Virus record (IMG/VR): IMGVR_UViG_3300035180_001778
Span: 286,470-350,469 of that record
Length of the DNA: 64,000 nucleotides
Strand: one strand, 5' to 3'
The position numbers and the translations under genes are program-made. The number at the start of each line of letters is the position of its first letter. The first letter of the stretch is position 1. This document shows positions 16,928-26,297 of this stretch, one piece after another. The notes beneath the pieces are model-generated. The model worked only from the letters and a program-made list of their open reading frames with translations, was not told the DNA's origin and ran no database searches.

Positions 16928-17456
16928 CAGACCCGAGCCTCCTCGATAGCCTGCGTCTCCGCCGCCTTCATCACGAGCCGGGCCAGATGCCAGGTCATGG
17001 GGGCGGGGCCGCCAGCAAGCCACGCGGTGACCGCTGCCCGCGTCCAGGAGCCAGCCGCGAGGCTGGCATACTCCTCGATGGCCTGGAGGATGTTCGTGAC
17101 CGAGGGGCCGTTCTCGGGGCCACACAGAGCGCCTCCATGCTCTGGTACGTCCGACCCCGAAGAGCCACGTACGCCAGCATGAGGTAACGAGCCGTGTCGC
17201 CTTCGAGCCGCTTGTTGTCCCAGAGCGCGTACCGCGCCGGGCCCGTTTCCGGCCGGTGGAAGGGCTTCAGGTCCTTCTTACCGGGAGAAGGGTAGTTCGT
17301 CCCGCGGGTCAATTCCCGACCCTGACGGACCTTCGCCAGCTCCTCGATCCCGCCAGCCTTCCACTTGAGGCTGTTGATGTCGTTCCGGATGCCCCGGATG
17401 ACTTCGTTCTGGTTCTTGATGTCCTGCTTCAACGCCGCCGCATTCATGTTCTTCAT
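16927..17456 (-). CDS. hypothetical protein (R.LMLAY.ALRGR.Y..ME), apparent 2-nt frameshift near 17125
   Basis: Removing a TG from CTCTGTGTGGCC gives a 175-aa ORF ending …QAIEEARV. Confidence 0.7.
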
Positions 17457-17554
17457 GATCTCTCTCCTGTAATTTGTTCGGAAGTGACCGGACACGAACC
17501 AGGAAAGGGCGGGGCGCGAGCGACTTGGTGTATTCAGGCTTCGTAGAACTTCAT
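17453..17554 (-). promoter_or_regulatory. leader ORF with internal UGA and RAPP motif
   Basis: AAGGTAGGT SD; ATG AAG TTC TAC GAA GCC TGA ATA CAC CAA GTC GCT CGC GCC CCG CCC…TCA TGA overlapping ATG 17456. Confidence 0.7.
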
Positions 17555-17587
17555 GGTGGACCTACCTTACGGAGTTTTTGGGGGCTG

Positions 17588-17842
17588 TCAAGAAAAGATA
17601 TCGTCTTCGAGTAGGACTGTCCAAGCGGTCGGCCTGTGGGTTCTGTCCCACTCCCACAAAAGCTTGAGGTCGAGGTGAATGGGCTGGAAGCCCTGCTTGT
17701 CCCGCTGCTTGCTGACGAAGAAGCTCATCGTGCTGGAGGACGGCATGGGGGTGTCTCGATGTAGACGGACCACCATTGAGGTGTCGTACAAGATCGAGGC
17801 ACCGCCCGGAATGCGGTCATTCTGGTTAGGCACCGATCTCAT
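17588..17842 (-). CDS. hypothetical protein with W-tail
   Basis: Ends RPTAWTVLLEDDIFS. Confidence 0.65.
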   Translation of the reverse strand: MRSVPNQNDRIPGGASILYDTSMVVRLHRDTPMPSSSTMSFFVSKQRDKQGFQPIHLDLKLLWEWDRTHRPTAWTVLLEDDIFS

Positions 17843-18098
17843 CCTCTTTCAAGATTACAGCCCAAGCCGTCGTAGACTTCTTGAGTGGCTTCTTGGGCTT
17901 ACCTCTTCTCGGGAGGAGGTAAACGAAACCCCCTCGGGGTCCACCTCCAGGAAGCCGTTGAAGCTCCTTGCTTTGGCAAAGGAGCCTGAGACATGAAGAC
18001 ACGGACGCGACGTTCCCGCCGATGTGCCTTGCGATCTCTGTGGCGGTCCAACCTTCATGGACTGCCACAGAAGCCAGGATGTCGGTCCGGATGCTCAC
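17826..18098 (-). CDS. winged-HTH protein with W-tail
   Basis: TATEIARHIG…VSSCLRLL…G.VYLL; ends TTAWAVILKEDEIGA. Confidence 0.7.
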   Translation of the reverse strand: MSIRTDILASVAVHEGWTATEIARHIGGNVASVSSCLRLLCQSKELQRLPGGGPRGGFVYLLPRRGKPKKPLKKSTTAWAVILKEDEIGA

Positions 18099-18406
18099 GC
18101 AGAACCGACGGTCTGGGACCCGCCGAAGATCCTGTCGTAGTTCTGCCGGTATGCCGGGGTGGCGACCTGCGCCGGGCCGTGACGGTACTCATCGACGACC
18201 TTGAAGCCGGGGCCGTTCTCGCGGGCCTCCAGGGTCATCATGGTGGCGCCTTCCGGGATGGGCTGTCCATCTTTGACGTCGACCACCGTCCCGAAGGACA
18301 CCTCGCAGCCGGAGGTGTGCCGAATCGCAGGACGCATGCCGTTCCCGAGATCCGGGCCGAGCATGACCACATCTTCCATCGGGCACTTTTTCTCGTCGTT
18401 GCTCAT
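18095..18406 (-). CDS. hypothetical protein
   Basis: GGTGTA-N10-ATG; …GPAQVATPAYRQNYDRIFG. Confidence 0.8.
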   Translation of the reverse strand: MSNDEKKCPMEDVVMLGPDLGNGMRPAIRHTSGCEVSFGTVVDVKDGQPIPEGATMMTLEARENGPGFKVVDEYRHGPAQVATPAYRQNYDRIFGGSQTVGSA

Positions 18407-18444
18407 GCTAGTAGAGTACACCAAAGCCCTTGGTGTAGAGGCGG

Positions 18445-19851
18445 TTGAACCACAAAACGACCACCCGAAAGATCACGATGCCCGAAGGTAACCCCCAACT
18501 CTGTGAGATTTGGGAGACATCCGATGCCCTGCGAGGATCGACAATCCGTTGTGTTGTCGGTGATGTAGCTCCGAACGCCATCACGTTCGTGAGCCTGGCA
18601 GGGAACCGTACGCGCATCCCGGCGATCCGCATGGCCGGCTGGCATTTCGTGCAGAGCCCTCCCCCCAATCTGATGTCCTGCTCGCGTCGTGGGTGCCGCC
18701 TCCCGGGGCTTCTACGTTTCGAGCGAGGGATAACCCCCGAATGGGTCTGCGCTCGGCACATGCCCGTTGGAACCCGAGCCACGCTCGACCTCGTGCCGCG
18801 TCCCAACCAAGACCCTCCCACTCTCGAAACCCCGATCATCATCTGCGCCGCCTGTGAGGGTGACAACCCCGTCCAGGATGCGAACGTTCTCATTGGTCGG
18901 GACGACATCGAGATGTGGTTCTGCCAGCGGTGCAACAACGTCTGGGGGATCGTTCTCGAAGAGAACACGCGCGACAGGGCTGTACCGCTTACATCGCGTG
19001 AACTCGCCACATGGTACAGCTCCCGAGTGCGGCTCCTCGTGGAAGCCATGGAACGGGGCGGCCGACACCCGACCCATGTCGAGGTGTCGGCGACTGTGTG
19101 GACTTTGCTGTATGATGCACACAACGAAGCCACTTTCATGTTGTACGGGATTCCTGCCCGGCGAGTCCTGGACTTTCTATCTCCAGACACTCGGCGCGCA
19201 ATGGTGACGTTGCAGACTCGGGACGCGATTCGCTCGGCGGCTCTTCCTGTGTCGCGGCTCGGCAGCGTCCCGAACCGCTCTCCAGAGATCACGGGCAATA
19301 ACCCGCTCCTGACCTGGGTTCAGGAGCAACGCACCATTCGAGCCCTCCCTCAGCCGACCCCTATGCCCCCTCCCGAGAAGACAGTCAGGTTGGAAGAACA
19401 GATGGGGATCCCTACGATGGGGTCCACATGGGTCAACCGTGGGACTGGGGTGCTCATCGAGGTGACGGGCCTATCGTTTGCCGAAGGCACACAACAGATC
19501 ATTCAGTTCAGAGCCGTTCTGGTGGCTGAATCGAATATCCGAGAACCTCACTCGCGTCTTGGCTATGATGACTTCGTCACGCTGCATCGCGTCTGGCACA
19601 ACGACGGAAAGACCGAGATGCCCTACTTGGACCTCGGTCTACAGCTCGGCGACGAATGGATTCAGAACCATAATCGGGTCGTGGTCGAGATCCTGCACAT
19701 CGACCACAAGAAGGAGACCGTCTCGGTCTACGAGAAAGACACGAAACGTCGCTCCGCCCTGAAGATGCGAGAGTTCGCACCTGGCGGTAACTGGCGGAAG
19801 ATCGTCCGTCGCACGGCCTTTGAAGCCCTGGAGGATGACGACTTCGGCTGA
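18445..19851 (+). CDS. multi-domain hypothetical protein with acidic tail
   Basis: 468 aa with Cys clusters; ends RRTAFEALEDDDFG. Confidence 0.8.
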   Translation: MNHKTTTRKITMPEGNPQLCEIWETSDALRGSTIRCVVGDVAPNAITFVSLAGNRTRIPAIRMAGWHFVQSPPPNLMSCSRRGCRLPGLLRFERGITPEWVCARHMPVGTRATLDLVPRPNQDPPTLETPIIICAACEGDNPVQDANVLIGRDDIEMWFCQRCNNVWGIVLEENTRDRAVPLTSRELATWYSSRVRLLVEAMERGGRHPTHVEVSATVWTLLYDAHNEATFMLYGIPARRVLDFLSPDTRRAMVTLQTRDAIRSAALPVSRLGSVPNRSPEITGNNPLLTWVQEQRTIRALPQPTPMPPPEKTVRLEEQMGIPTMGSTWVNRGTGVLIEVTGLSFAEGTQQIIQFRAVLVAESNIREPHSRLGYDDFVTLHRVWHNDGKTEMPYLDLGLQLGDEWIQNHNRVVVEILHIDHKKETVSVYEKDTKRRSALKMREFAPGGNWRKIVRRTAFEALEDDDFG

Positions 19852-19852
19852 G

Positions 19853-20101
19853 CTACTCGAAGTCCACGTCGAGCTGGTCGAGCAGGGTCTTCCTCGGCGG
19901 CTTAGCAGTGGATCGCCAAGTGTCGGTTTGGGGGAGATCCGCTTCGAATACCGTACCCGCACCGAAGACTCGTTTGACCTTGCCTCCTTTGATCGTGCAT
20001 TCCACGACCTGTGCCGAGGAGCCATTGACCGTCAGCACGTAATACAACTTGCCGTCGGGGCTCTTGTAGACAGTCTTGGGCTTGATCTCGTCTTTGGGCA
20101 T
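19853..20101 (-). CDS. hypothetical protein with tail variant
   Basis: Ends PRKTLLDQLDVDFE. Confidence 0.75.
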   Translation of the reverse strand: MPKDEIKPKTVYKSPDGKLYYVLTVNGSSAQVVECTIKGGKVKRVFGAGTVFEADLPQTDTWRSTAKPPRKTLLDQLDVDFE

Positions 20102-20108
20102 GGCAACC

Positions 20109-20537
20109 TCAAATCGGAATTGACTTCCTACGTTCCTGTTCAGCAATGATGGCCTTCTTGGCTCGCTCCCAGTTGGTGACGTTCATCATCTTCATCGAGG
20201 TGAACATGGGGTAGCCGTTGACGCCCCGAGGGAGCGCCTGATCGTAGTTCTCGTAGAAGACACCGATGGTCTTGAGGCTCTCGATGTTGTACGAGTTCAG
20301 CGCACCGAAGACCAAGGGCAGGAAGATATGCCCGATCATGTTCGGATCCTGTACCTGAGCCGACGTGAAGGTCCGACCGTCGACCACTCCGTTGATGAAG
20401 CTCCGGAGGTCGTCGTCGCTCATCGGGGCCCACTGTATGGCCGGCTTGTGATCGTCCCAGAACTCCGAGAGCTGCGCCGGATCTTCAGGGTCCTTCGGGT
20501 CGAGAAGAATGTCGTCTTCGTCCATCATTTCGGGCAC
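20109..20537 (-). CDS. hypothetical protein
   Basis: 142-aa ORF with phage-like codon usage. Confidence 0.8.
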   Translation of the reverse strand: MPEMMDEDDILLDPKDPEDPAQLSEFWDDHKPAIQWAPMSDDDLRSFINGVVDGRTFTSAQVQDPNMIGHIFLPLVFGALNSYNIESLKTIGVFYENYDQALPRGVNGYPMFTSMKMMNVTNWERAKKAIIAEQERRKSIPI

Positions 20538-20701
20538 TCGGCTGCGGGGTAGGAGTTGTGGTGGGTGACCGCGGTATTCAAGACGACGCGAGACTTCCCC
20601 GTGTAGCGCTCCTTGCCGTGCTCGTTCACCTCGACCTCATACTCGGCGTAGGAGTTGCTCGACACATGAGAGCGCTGGACGAACCAGTAGGTCTCTTTCA
20701 C
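20525..20701 (-). CDS. hypothetical protein
   Basis: 58 aa; GTGA overlap with upstream stop. Confidence 0.6.
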   Translation of the reverse strand: MKETYWFVQRSHVSSNSYAEYEVEVNEHGKERYTGKSRVVLNTAVTHHNSYPAAECPK

Positions 20702-21114
20702 AGATCCTCCACAAGAAGGGCTTCCCAGGCTGTGGGTTGGATCTTCGTCCAAAGGCCCCTCTCGACCGAGCCTCGCCGCAGCCCAAACGTCTGCCCGGTT
20801 TTGAGATTGACCCCTTGGGCCAAGCCTCCGAAGGTCCCACCCTGGTATTCCTGCGTGATCCGGATCGGTCCCTTCACCCTCTCCTGCCACAGCTCCCCGA
20901 TCTTCGGCTCATCGATGCCAGGGATGCCGGCGGAATTCCCCGCACACTTCGCACACCAGATGTTCTCGAAGTCTCGGATCCTGGGGTTCAAGCTGAAGGT
21001 GATCTCCTTCGGTGCCCCGCACGCATTGCAGTTGGGGGAGTGTCGAGGCAGCTCCGGGATCGAGTCGTGCTTCGGGGGGTATTCCCGGAAGGACTTTTTC
21101 ACGTCGTTGACCAT
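20698..21114 (-). CDS. CxxC protein with W-tail
   Basis: CNACG…WCAKC; ends QPTAWEALLVEDL. Confidence 0.75.
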   Translation of the reverse strand: MVNDVKKSFREYPPKHDSIPELPRHSPNCNACGAPKEITFSLNPRIRDFENIWCAKCAGNSAGIPGIDEPKIGELWQERVKGPIRITQEYQGGTFGGLAQGVNLKTGQTFGLRRGSVERGLWTKIQPTAWEALLVEDL

Positions 21115-21486
21115 GCCCTCTCCTCGAACAGCTTCCGGTTGTAGGTGCGGAACGTGCAGCACTTCTTCAGGAAGTTGCGACGGCTCTGCCAGGTGACCTT
21201 CCCGGCCTCCCGCTGCTCCGGAACGCCTTCGTACCTGTACACGAGGTACGAGATGACGTGGCAGCCCTTGACGTCGATACGGCGGAAGACCTCTTTGGCC
21301 TCCAGCACCTTGAGCCCAGTCTCTTCCTCGACTTCCCGGACCATGGCGTCGTAGGGGCTCAGGTCTGTGGGCTCGACCGCGCCCCCCAGGCAAGCCGAGG
21401 TCCGTGGGGTCGGTCTTGCGGGATACGCTCAGGACGCGGTCTTGCGCGTCCAGGATCAGAGCGGTGACGGCGGATACAGGTCTCAC
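21099..21486 (-). CDS. Nudix hydrolase, apparent +1 frameshift near 21380
   Basis: LGLPGG(x)VEP.D….AMVREVEEETGL Nudix box split across two frames. Confidence 0.8.
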
Positions 21487-21701
21487 GGGATACTCCTGAA
21501 GTTGCGGGATCGGACCCAGAGAGAGCGGCCCTCGAAGCGGACGACCATGTTGCAGTCGAAGAGCATCTGGACTTTCTCCACACACCCTTCCCGGCCCGCC
21601 AAGATCGGAACCCCGATGATCACGAGGGGATTTGGGGTTCCAAGACAATCTTGGTGCGCGACGACACGATCGCCTACTTGAAACGGGCTGGCTTCTCTCA
21701 T
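21483..21701 (-). CDS. SH3/KOW-like small protein
   Basis: FQVGDRVV…G.VEKV…VVRFEG. Confidence 0.5.
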   Translation of the reverse strand: MREASPFQVGDRVVAHQDCLGTPNPLVIIGVPILAGREGCVEKVQMLFDCNMVVRFEGRSLWVRSRNFRSIP

Positions 21702-21732
21702 CCCAGGCTATACAGGCCGACCCCGAAGGCGA

Positions 21733-23379
21733 TCAACCTTCTGCGGGCTTCTTGGGCTTCTTGGGCTTCTTCTTCCCCAGCTTCTTGGCTTCCTTCTCTT
21801 TTTCCTTCCGATCCCATTCGCGGGACTCCGCCCGGTCCACCTTGTCCCGCTCCCGACGCTCCTTGACGGGCCCCATCGTCAGCTTGTAGAGCTTCCCCAA
21901 GAACTTCCGGTGCGCCTCCCACTCCCCACACTGAGGCCCCTTGTAGGAGCTGGGATGCCAGATGTACCGCACCTCGGACAGGACACTCTGGATGAGTGCC
22001 AGCTCACCCATGGAGTTGAGGTAGTCGGTCACCTCTTCCTCCGTGAGCGTCTGCTTGAGCATGAGCTGCCAGTGCGTGTTCAGCCCCGCGCAGGAAATCG
22101 AGGGGTTCTTGCTGATCATGTAGGAGATCGGGTTGAACTTGCACTCCAGAGCATCCTCCATGAAGATGCGGCTCGTCAGCCAGTACGCCGCACTCTCGCG
22201 CATGCCCTCCAGCTTCGACTTGTCGGCTTCATCGCCCTTGGCCTCCAGCTCAGCGATCTCCGCCTGACGCCGGGCATTCGATTCGTCCGCTTCCGCTTGA
22301 GCCTTCTTGCAGAAGTCCCACGCCTCCCGAGCGGCATTGTGGTAGGCCTCGACGTCGGACATGACCCTCTTGTACCCCGGCCCGTAGGTCTCGACCTTCG
22401 TGCCGGTGAGAGCTTGCCAGACATCCTCCCGGATCATGGCCTGGAGGATCGGAAACGTCTTGGGGCGCTTGGACTCCGACATCAGGGAGAAGTCGTGCCC
22501 CTGTTGCGTCTTCGTTCCCATCTTCGGACGGATGTTGAGTTCCCCGTCCACCATGGCACGATCCGTCCCACACGCGAGCATCACCGCGTATCGACGACGG
22601 AGCTTCTTCGCGAGGACCTGGAGCATCTTCTTCGTCTCCTCGCCTCGCATGTACCCGCCGCAGCGGACCCGGATCTCACCGTGGCGGATCTGGTCGACGA
22701 TGAAGCCGTACTGCACGTTGCCGAGCTTCAGCGGGACAACTCCCGTGTCGCTCTCCATGGCAGCATCCGCAGCTTCATCTTCAGCGAAGTCCGCAGCTTC
22801 TTCCTCTTCGGTCCGATCCTTGGTATGCAGACCGTTGCCCTGACGCTTCCGATTCCGAGCCTCGCGAAGATCCTCGTGTTTTTTCAGGAGGGTCGCATCG
22901 GCCATCGTGATCGTCAGCCCCGCCGTACGGATGATGTTCTCCACACGTCGCAGCGTCGGGATGCCCTTGGGAATCACGCTCTTGGGCATGAAGCTGAACT
23001 TGGGGCGCTTCCGTTCGAGGTCTCGGACCTCGATGTGGCACTCTTGCGTTGCATCGAGCAGCTCGTCGAAGGCCATTCCCTTCCTGGCGGGGACATCGTG
23101 AACGGTGTTGTCCCCGAGGCCCTTCTCGACCAGGTCAAGCTTGAACGCATCGAGCCACAGCCGTTGGATCGAGGGGTCTTTACAGTCCTCGATCGAGCCG
23201 TAGTCGTTGTACTCCGCACGGATAGGCGGAGTACGGATGTACCACTCCTCCGCCCCATTGGCGTAGTCCCCTCTCTCGCTGAAGGGGCTCGCTTGGAGCA
23301 GGATATAGCGGACGGGGTCTCCGGCACCGATCGGCAACCCCGAGACGCAGCATGTGTAGTCGAATGATCCCATGACCAT
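21733..23379 (-). CDS. large hypothetical protein
   Basis: 548-aa ORF starting MGSFDYTCCVSGLPI; KKPKKP basic tail. Confidence 0.85.
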   Translation of the reverse strand: MVMGSFDYTCCVSGLPIGAGDPVRYILLQASPFSERGDYANGAEEWYIRTPPIRAEYNDYGSIEDCKDPSIQRLWLDAFKLDLVEKGLGDNTVHDVPARKGMAFDELLDATQECHIEVRDLERKRPKFSFMPKSVIPKGIPTLRRVENIIRTAGLTITMADATLLKKHEDLREARNRKRQGNGLHTKDRTEEEEAADFAEDEAADAAMESDTGVVPLKLGNVQYGFIVDQIRHGEIRVRCGGYMRGEETKKMLQVLAKKLRRRYAVMLACGTDRAMVDGELNIRPKMGTKTQQGHDFSLMSESKRPKTFPILQAMIREDVWQALTGTKVETYGPGYKRVMSDVEAYHNAAREAWDFCKKAQAEADESNARRQAEIAELEAKGDEADKSKLEGMRESAAYWLTSRIFMEDALECKFNPISYMISKNPSISCAGLNTHWQLMLKQTLTEEEVTDYLNSMGELALIQSVLSEVRYIWHPSSYKGPQCGEWEAHRKFLGKLYKLTMGPVKERRERDKVDRAESREWDRKEKEKEAKKLGKKKPKKPKKPAEG

Positions 23380-23385
23380 CTAGTA

Positions 23386-23418
23386 CACCAGTGACCCCCA
23401 AATTGGGGGTCACTGGTG
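23386..23418. repeat. 33-bp near-perfect palindrome
   Basis: CACCAGTGACCCCCAA-A-TTGGGGGTCACTGGTG. Confidence 0.9.
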
Positions 23419-23667
23419 GATCTTATCGGTCGGGATGGCCCACACCGAAACACCGCGAAAACGAGCAATGAGACGCTCGTTCAACGTCGCCACTCCAAGA
23501 GACCCCAGGAACGAACTCTCATCCGTCGGGGTCTGGCCTAGAAAGACCAGGAAGCCGTTGGACGTGTCATCCGTGAATGCCGTGACGTCACCCTGCGTAC
23601 GGAAGGTATTCAGCGTCAGGGTGATGGCTCGGAAGGACTCCCACTCGACGCGGCAATCATCGAGCAT
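23410..23667 (-). CDS. hypothetical protein
   Basis: 85-aa ORF. Confidence 0.55.
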   Translation of the reverse strand: MLDDCRVEWESFRAITLTLNTFRTQGDVTAFTDDTSNGFLVFLGQTPTDESSFLGSLGVATLNERLIARFRGVSVWAIPTDKIHQ

Positions 23668-23727
23668 TTAGATATGGTCCTGGGAGAGGGTCGGGGTATC
23701 CATGCCCCTCCTACAACTCCAAGTATA

Positions 23728-23949
23728 TCAGGACCAACCGTTCTCGGGAGGCAACCTCGCTTTTCTCCGAGCTTCCGCGCGTTCGTGTATGCGGGCTTCT
23801 CGTTCGTCGTTGATCTCGTTCAAGCACTTCCAGAGGAAGTGCTTGAACGAGATCCCGGCGAGCCACTCCAGGCCCGCGTAGCCGTAGTGATAGACGGCTA
23901 CGACCAAGCCCACGGTGAAAACGAACAGGAGAATCAGGGGACGGTTCAT
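23728..23949 (-). CDS. small membrane protein
   Basis: N-terminal TM helix; GGTGTA upstream. Confidence 0.7.
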   Translation of the reverse strand: MNRPLILLFVFTVGLVVAVYHYGYAGLEWLAGISFKHFLWKCLNEINDEREARIHERAEARRKARLPPENGWS

Positions 23950-23958
23950 CCCGCCAGT

Positions 23959-24162
23959 TTACACCGGGAGGTTCTCTTCCGTGTAGCGGAATTCCTCGCG
24001 CACCCTCATGGAAGAGGTGAACGCCGGCAAGACGGCCATCACCCACATCATCTGGTGCATCCCGGCTTTCCCTTTGGCGCAGGACTTCTTGAAGATACAG
24101 GCAGACGCGCCCTTGCCGCGTTGCTCGATGATACAGCCACAGGGGAACGTGTACTTTTTCAT
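23959..24162 (-). CDS. Cys-rich small protein
   Basis: YTFPCGC…C…C. Confidence 0.65.
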   Translation of the reverse strand: MKKYTFPCGCIIEQRGKGASACIFKKSCAKGKAGMHQMMWVMAVLPAFTSSMRVREEFRYTEENLPV

Positions 24163-24307
24163 GGGGATTACCTGAACAAAATAGCGAAAGGACGATCCGT
24201 TGGGCGCTCAGATGGGGGGACATCGAGCTGCCGGGGGTCGTCCCTTCATCTATCTAGTACACCACGGACATCTGAACTTGAACAGAAATCGTCCGAGGCG
24301 ATTCGAA

Positions 24308-24706
24308 TCACAGCTCGTCGTCGAGGCGGTCCCAGGCAGCTCGCGGGCCGTTGAGTTCCGCTTTGATCTTGTCCGTCCGCACCGCAATCTCATCGAGTCG
24401 GGCCTGAAGGTTCTCCGCTCTACGGTCAAAGTCCTCCAACCTCTCATCGAGAGGTTCTGTGGGAGTCTCCAGAACCGGCGGGGCAGGGATGGCGCAGTAG
24501 TGGGGCTGGACACGGGGCCACCACTTCACATTCTCGTGTTTGGCGGCCAACCCGACAGTACATTCGTGGCACTGCCACCCATCTCTTCGAGTGTGCTTGT
24601 AGTATTCAGCACGCTGTTTCACCCGGGCGATATCCTCGTAGCGCCCGTATGCCCAGGTGCCAAACCATCCCAGAAGGAACACCCCCAACACAATGACGAG
24701 ATACAT
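24308..24706 (-). CDS. membrane-anchored protein with W-tail
   Basis: TM helix, CxxC, coiled coil; ends RAAWDRLDDEL. Confidence 0.75.
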   Translation of the reverse strand: MYLVIVLGVFLLGWFGTWAYGRYEDIARVKQRAEYYKHTRRDGWQCHECTVGLAAKHENVKWWPRVQPHYCAIPAPPVLETPTEPLDERLEDFDRRAENLQARLDEIAVRTDKIKAELNGPRAAWDRLDDEL

Positions 24707-24835
24707 TCAAAGTCTCCTTGCCAGCTAGGCTCGCCAAGTGTAGAGCTTCCTCACTGTCCCCGGGCCACTCCTCTCCCAGGCACGCGCTGCTCTTTACAAC
24801 GCGCTGCTTGGTGATGAACCCGGGGTTTTTTGCGT

Positions 24836-25192
24836 TCAGGTGACCCTGGAGAGGTCCTCGATCGAGATCGCCACGGTGGTTGCGTGCTTGGTCGCCGCCA
24901 GGAGTCTTTGGCAGAGAAGCTCCTGACCCACGTAGTCCCGAATACACTCGGGTTCGAGACAGAAGACTTCGAGCGACGCCACGTACTCGATCTCCTTGTC
25001 TGACGGGAGAGTTGCCCCGAAGTACCGCCGCTTGAGCCGGAAGATGTAGTCCTCTTCGATCTTCTTCCTCTCGGCTGCGATGATGTCCTTCTTGGACTTG
25101 ATGCGGGCTTCCTTGATGACCTCGATCATCTTCTCGCAGAGCTGAGCCAGCTCCGGAGAACCCATCGTGATATGTGAGCAACCTTGCGACAT
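24836..25192 (-). CDS. hypothetical protein
   Basis: 118-aa ORF in operon. Confidence 0.7.
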   Translation of the reverse strand: MSQGCSHITMGSPELAQLCEKMIEVIKEARIKSKKDIIAAERKKIEEDYIFRLKRRYFGATLPSDKEIEYVASLEVFCLEPECIRDYVGQELLCQRLLAATKHATTVAISIEDLSRVT

Positions 25193-25194
25193 GA

Positions 25195-25926
25195 TTACCT
25201 TTTCCGCGGCGGGGGCATGACGTAGACTTCGACACCCTGCTTCTTCGCGAGCTTGATCGCCCGGCTCAAGGCCGCGCAAAAACGGAGCCTCCCTCGCGGT
25301 TCCCGCAGACGAAGGAAGTAGGCGAACGCGATGTCGTTCGTGTAGGAGATCGACTCGAATCGCTTGGCGTACCCAGCGACAGCATGAAGCGCGTCGAGCC
25401 AGGGCAAGCCCGTATCGAGCCAGGGCAAGCCCGTATCGGGCACGGGGCCTTCGTTCCACGACCGATTCAGGTATTGGCTGTGCCAGGTCCGAAAAGCGAC
25501 GTAGTCCTGAACCACGTCGTCAGGGATGTTCTCGAAGACCCGAGTCCCATCCGGGCTCGTCGTCACCTTGAGTCCCTCCCACCACGTCCATCTCTCGTCG
25601 ATGCTCCCGTCTTCAAACGGCTCACGAACGTCGCACTTGGGGAAGTGTATGGTCGGCACCAAGCCATGCCGAAGCTTCGAGGGCTTTCGCTTGCGATGGG
25701 GTGATTTGCTGGAGTGCAGAAGGCTGATGTTGTACAGGACCTTCGAGTCCCCTTCCTCGCTCTCCCAATACCCCTCCATCCCTGTGGACTTCCCCGGGGG
25801 CGTGAACGCCGGACGAGCCACAGGCAGAACGCTCTTGGGGAAGCGAACGGTGAGGAGCGCCCTCCGTCCGAAGAACGTCCCTGTGCGCACCCTCATCAGG
25901 AGCTTGCGGATCGTTCGGGCGTTCAT
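25195..25926 (-). CDS. hypothetical protein with duplicated DTGLPWL
   Basis: 243-aa ORF; ATGA overlap. Confidence 0.75.
   Translation of the reverse strand: MNARTIRKLLMRVRTGTFFGRRALLTVRFPKSVLPVARPAFTPPGKSTGMEGYWESEEGDSKVLYNISLLHSSKSPHRKRKPSKLRHGLVPTIHFPKCDVREPFEDGSIDERWTWWEGLKVTTSPDGTRVFENIPDDVVQDYVAFRTWHSQYLNRSWNEGPVPDTGLPWLDTGLPWLDALHAVAGYAKRFESISYTNDIAFAYFLRLREPRGRLRFCAALSRAIKLAKKQGVEVYVMPPPRKR
25394..25438. repeat. 21-nt in-frame tandem duplication
   Basis: TCGAGCCAGGGCAAGCCCGTA x2 + TCG. Confidence 0.95.
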
Positions 25927-26255
25927 CGCTTCTCAGGGCACTTGCAGAGAACGATCAAGCCATCTTCGACCTTCTGCGAACCTTGCCGCCCGCCAGCTCG
26001 CTCTGTCGGAATGTAGAACTTGATCTCGATCTTCGTGCCCGGAGCACAGTCGATCGGGAACGAATCGTCCTCGAAGTAGCGAAGCATGCTCTCCTGGCAG
26101 GCCGGCGGGTCTTTGGGTATTGCCCCGATTTGCTCTTTCAGCTTCTCGTTGTCCGAGCTGGCGCTGAAGTACGCCAGAAAAGAGATGAGCATCAAGCTGA
26201 TGCTCAGCCCGAAAGCCACACCACCAATCCGCCGGGTCGTGGTTGATTCGTTCAT
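25923..26255 (-). CDS. membrane-anchored Cys-containing protein
   Basis: N-terminal TM helix. Confidence 0.7.
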   Translation of the reverse strand: MNESTTTRRIGGVAFGLSISLMLISFLAYFSASSDNEKLKEQIGAIPKDPPACQESMLRYFEDDSFPIDCAPGTKIEIKFYIPTERAGGRQGSQKVEDGLIVLCKCPEKR

Positions 26256-26297
26256 TTGGGGGGGAAGTCCTGTAGGGGTCCATGTTACACCAATCGC

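Noticed and set aside
21745-21790. CTTCTTGGG repeats
   Set aside because: Simply encode the KKPKKPKKP tail of the 548-aa protein.
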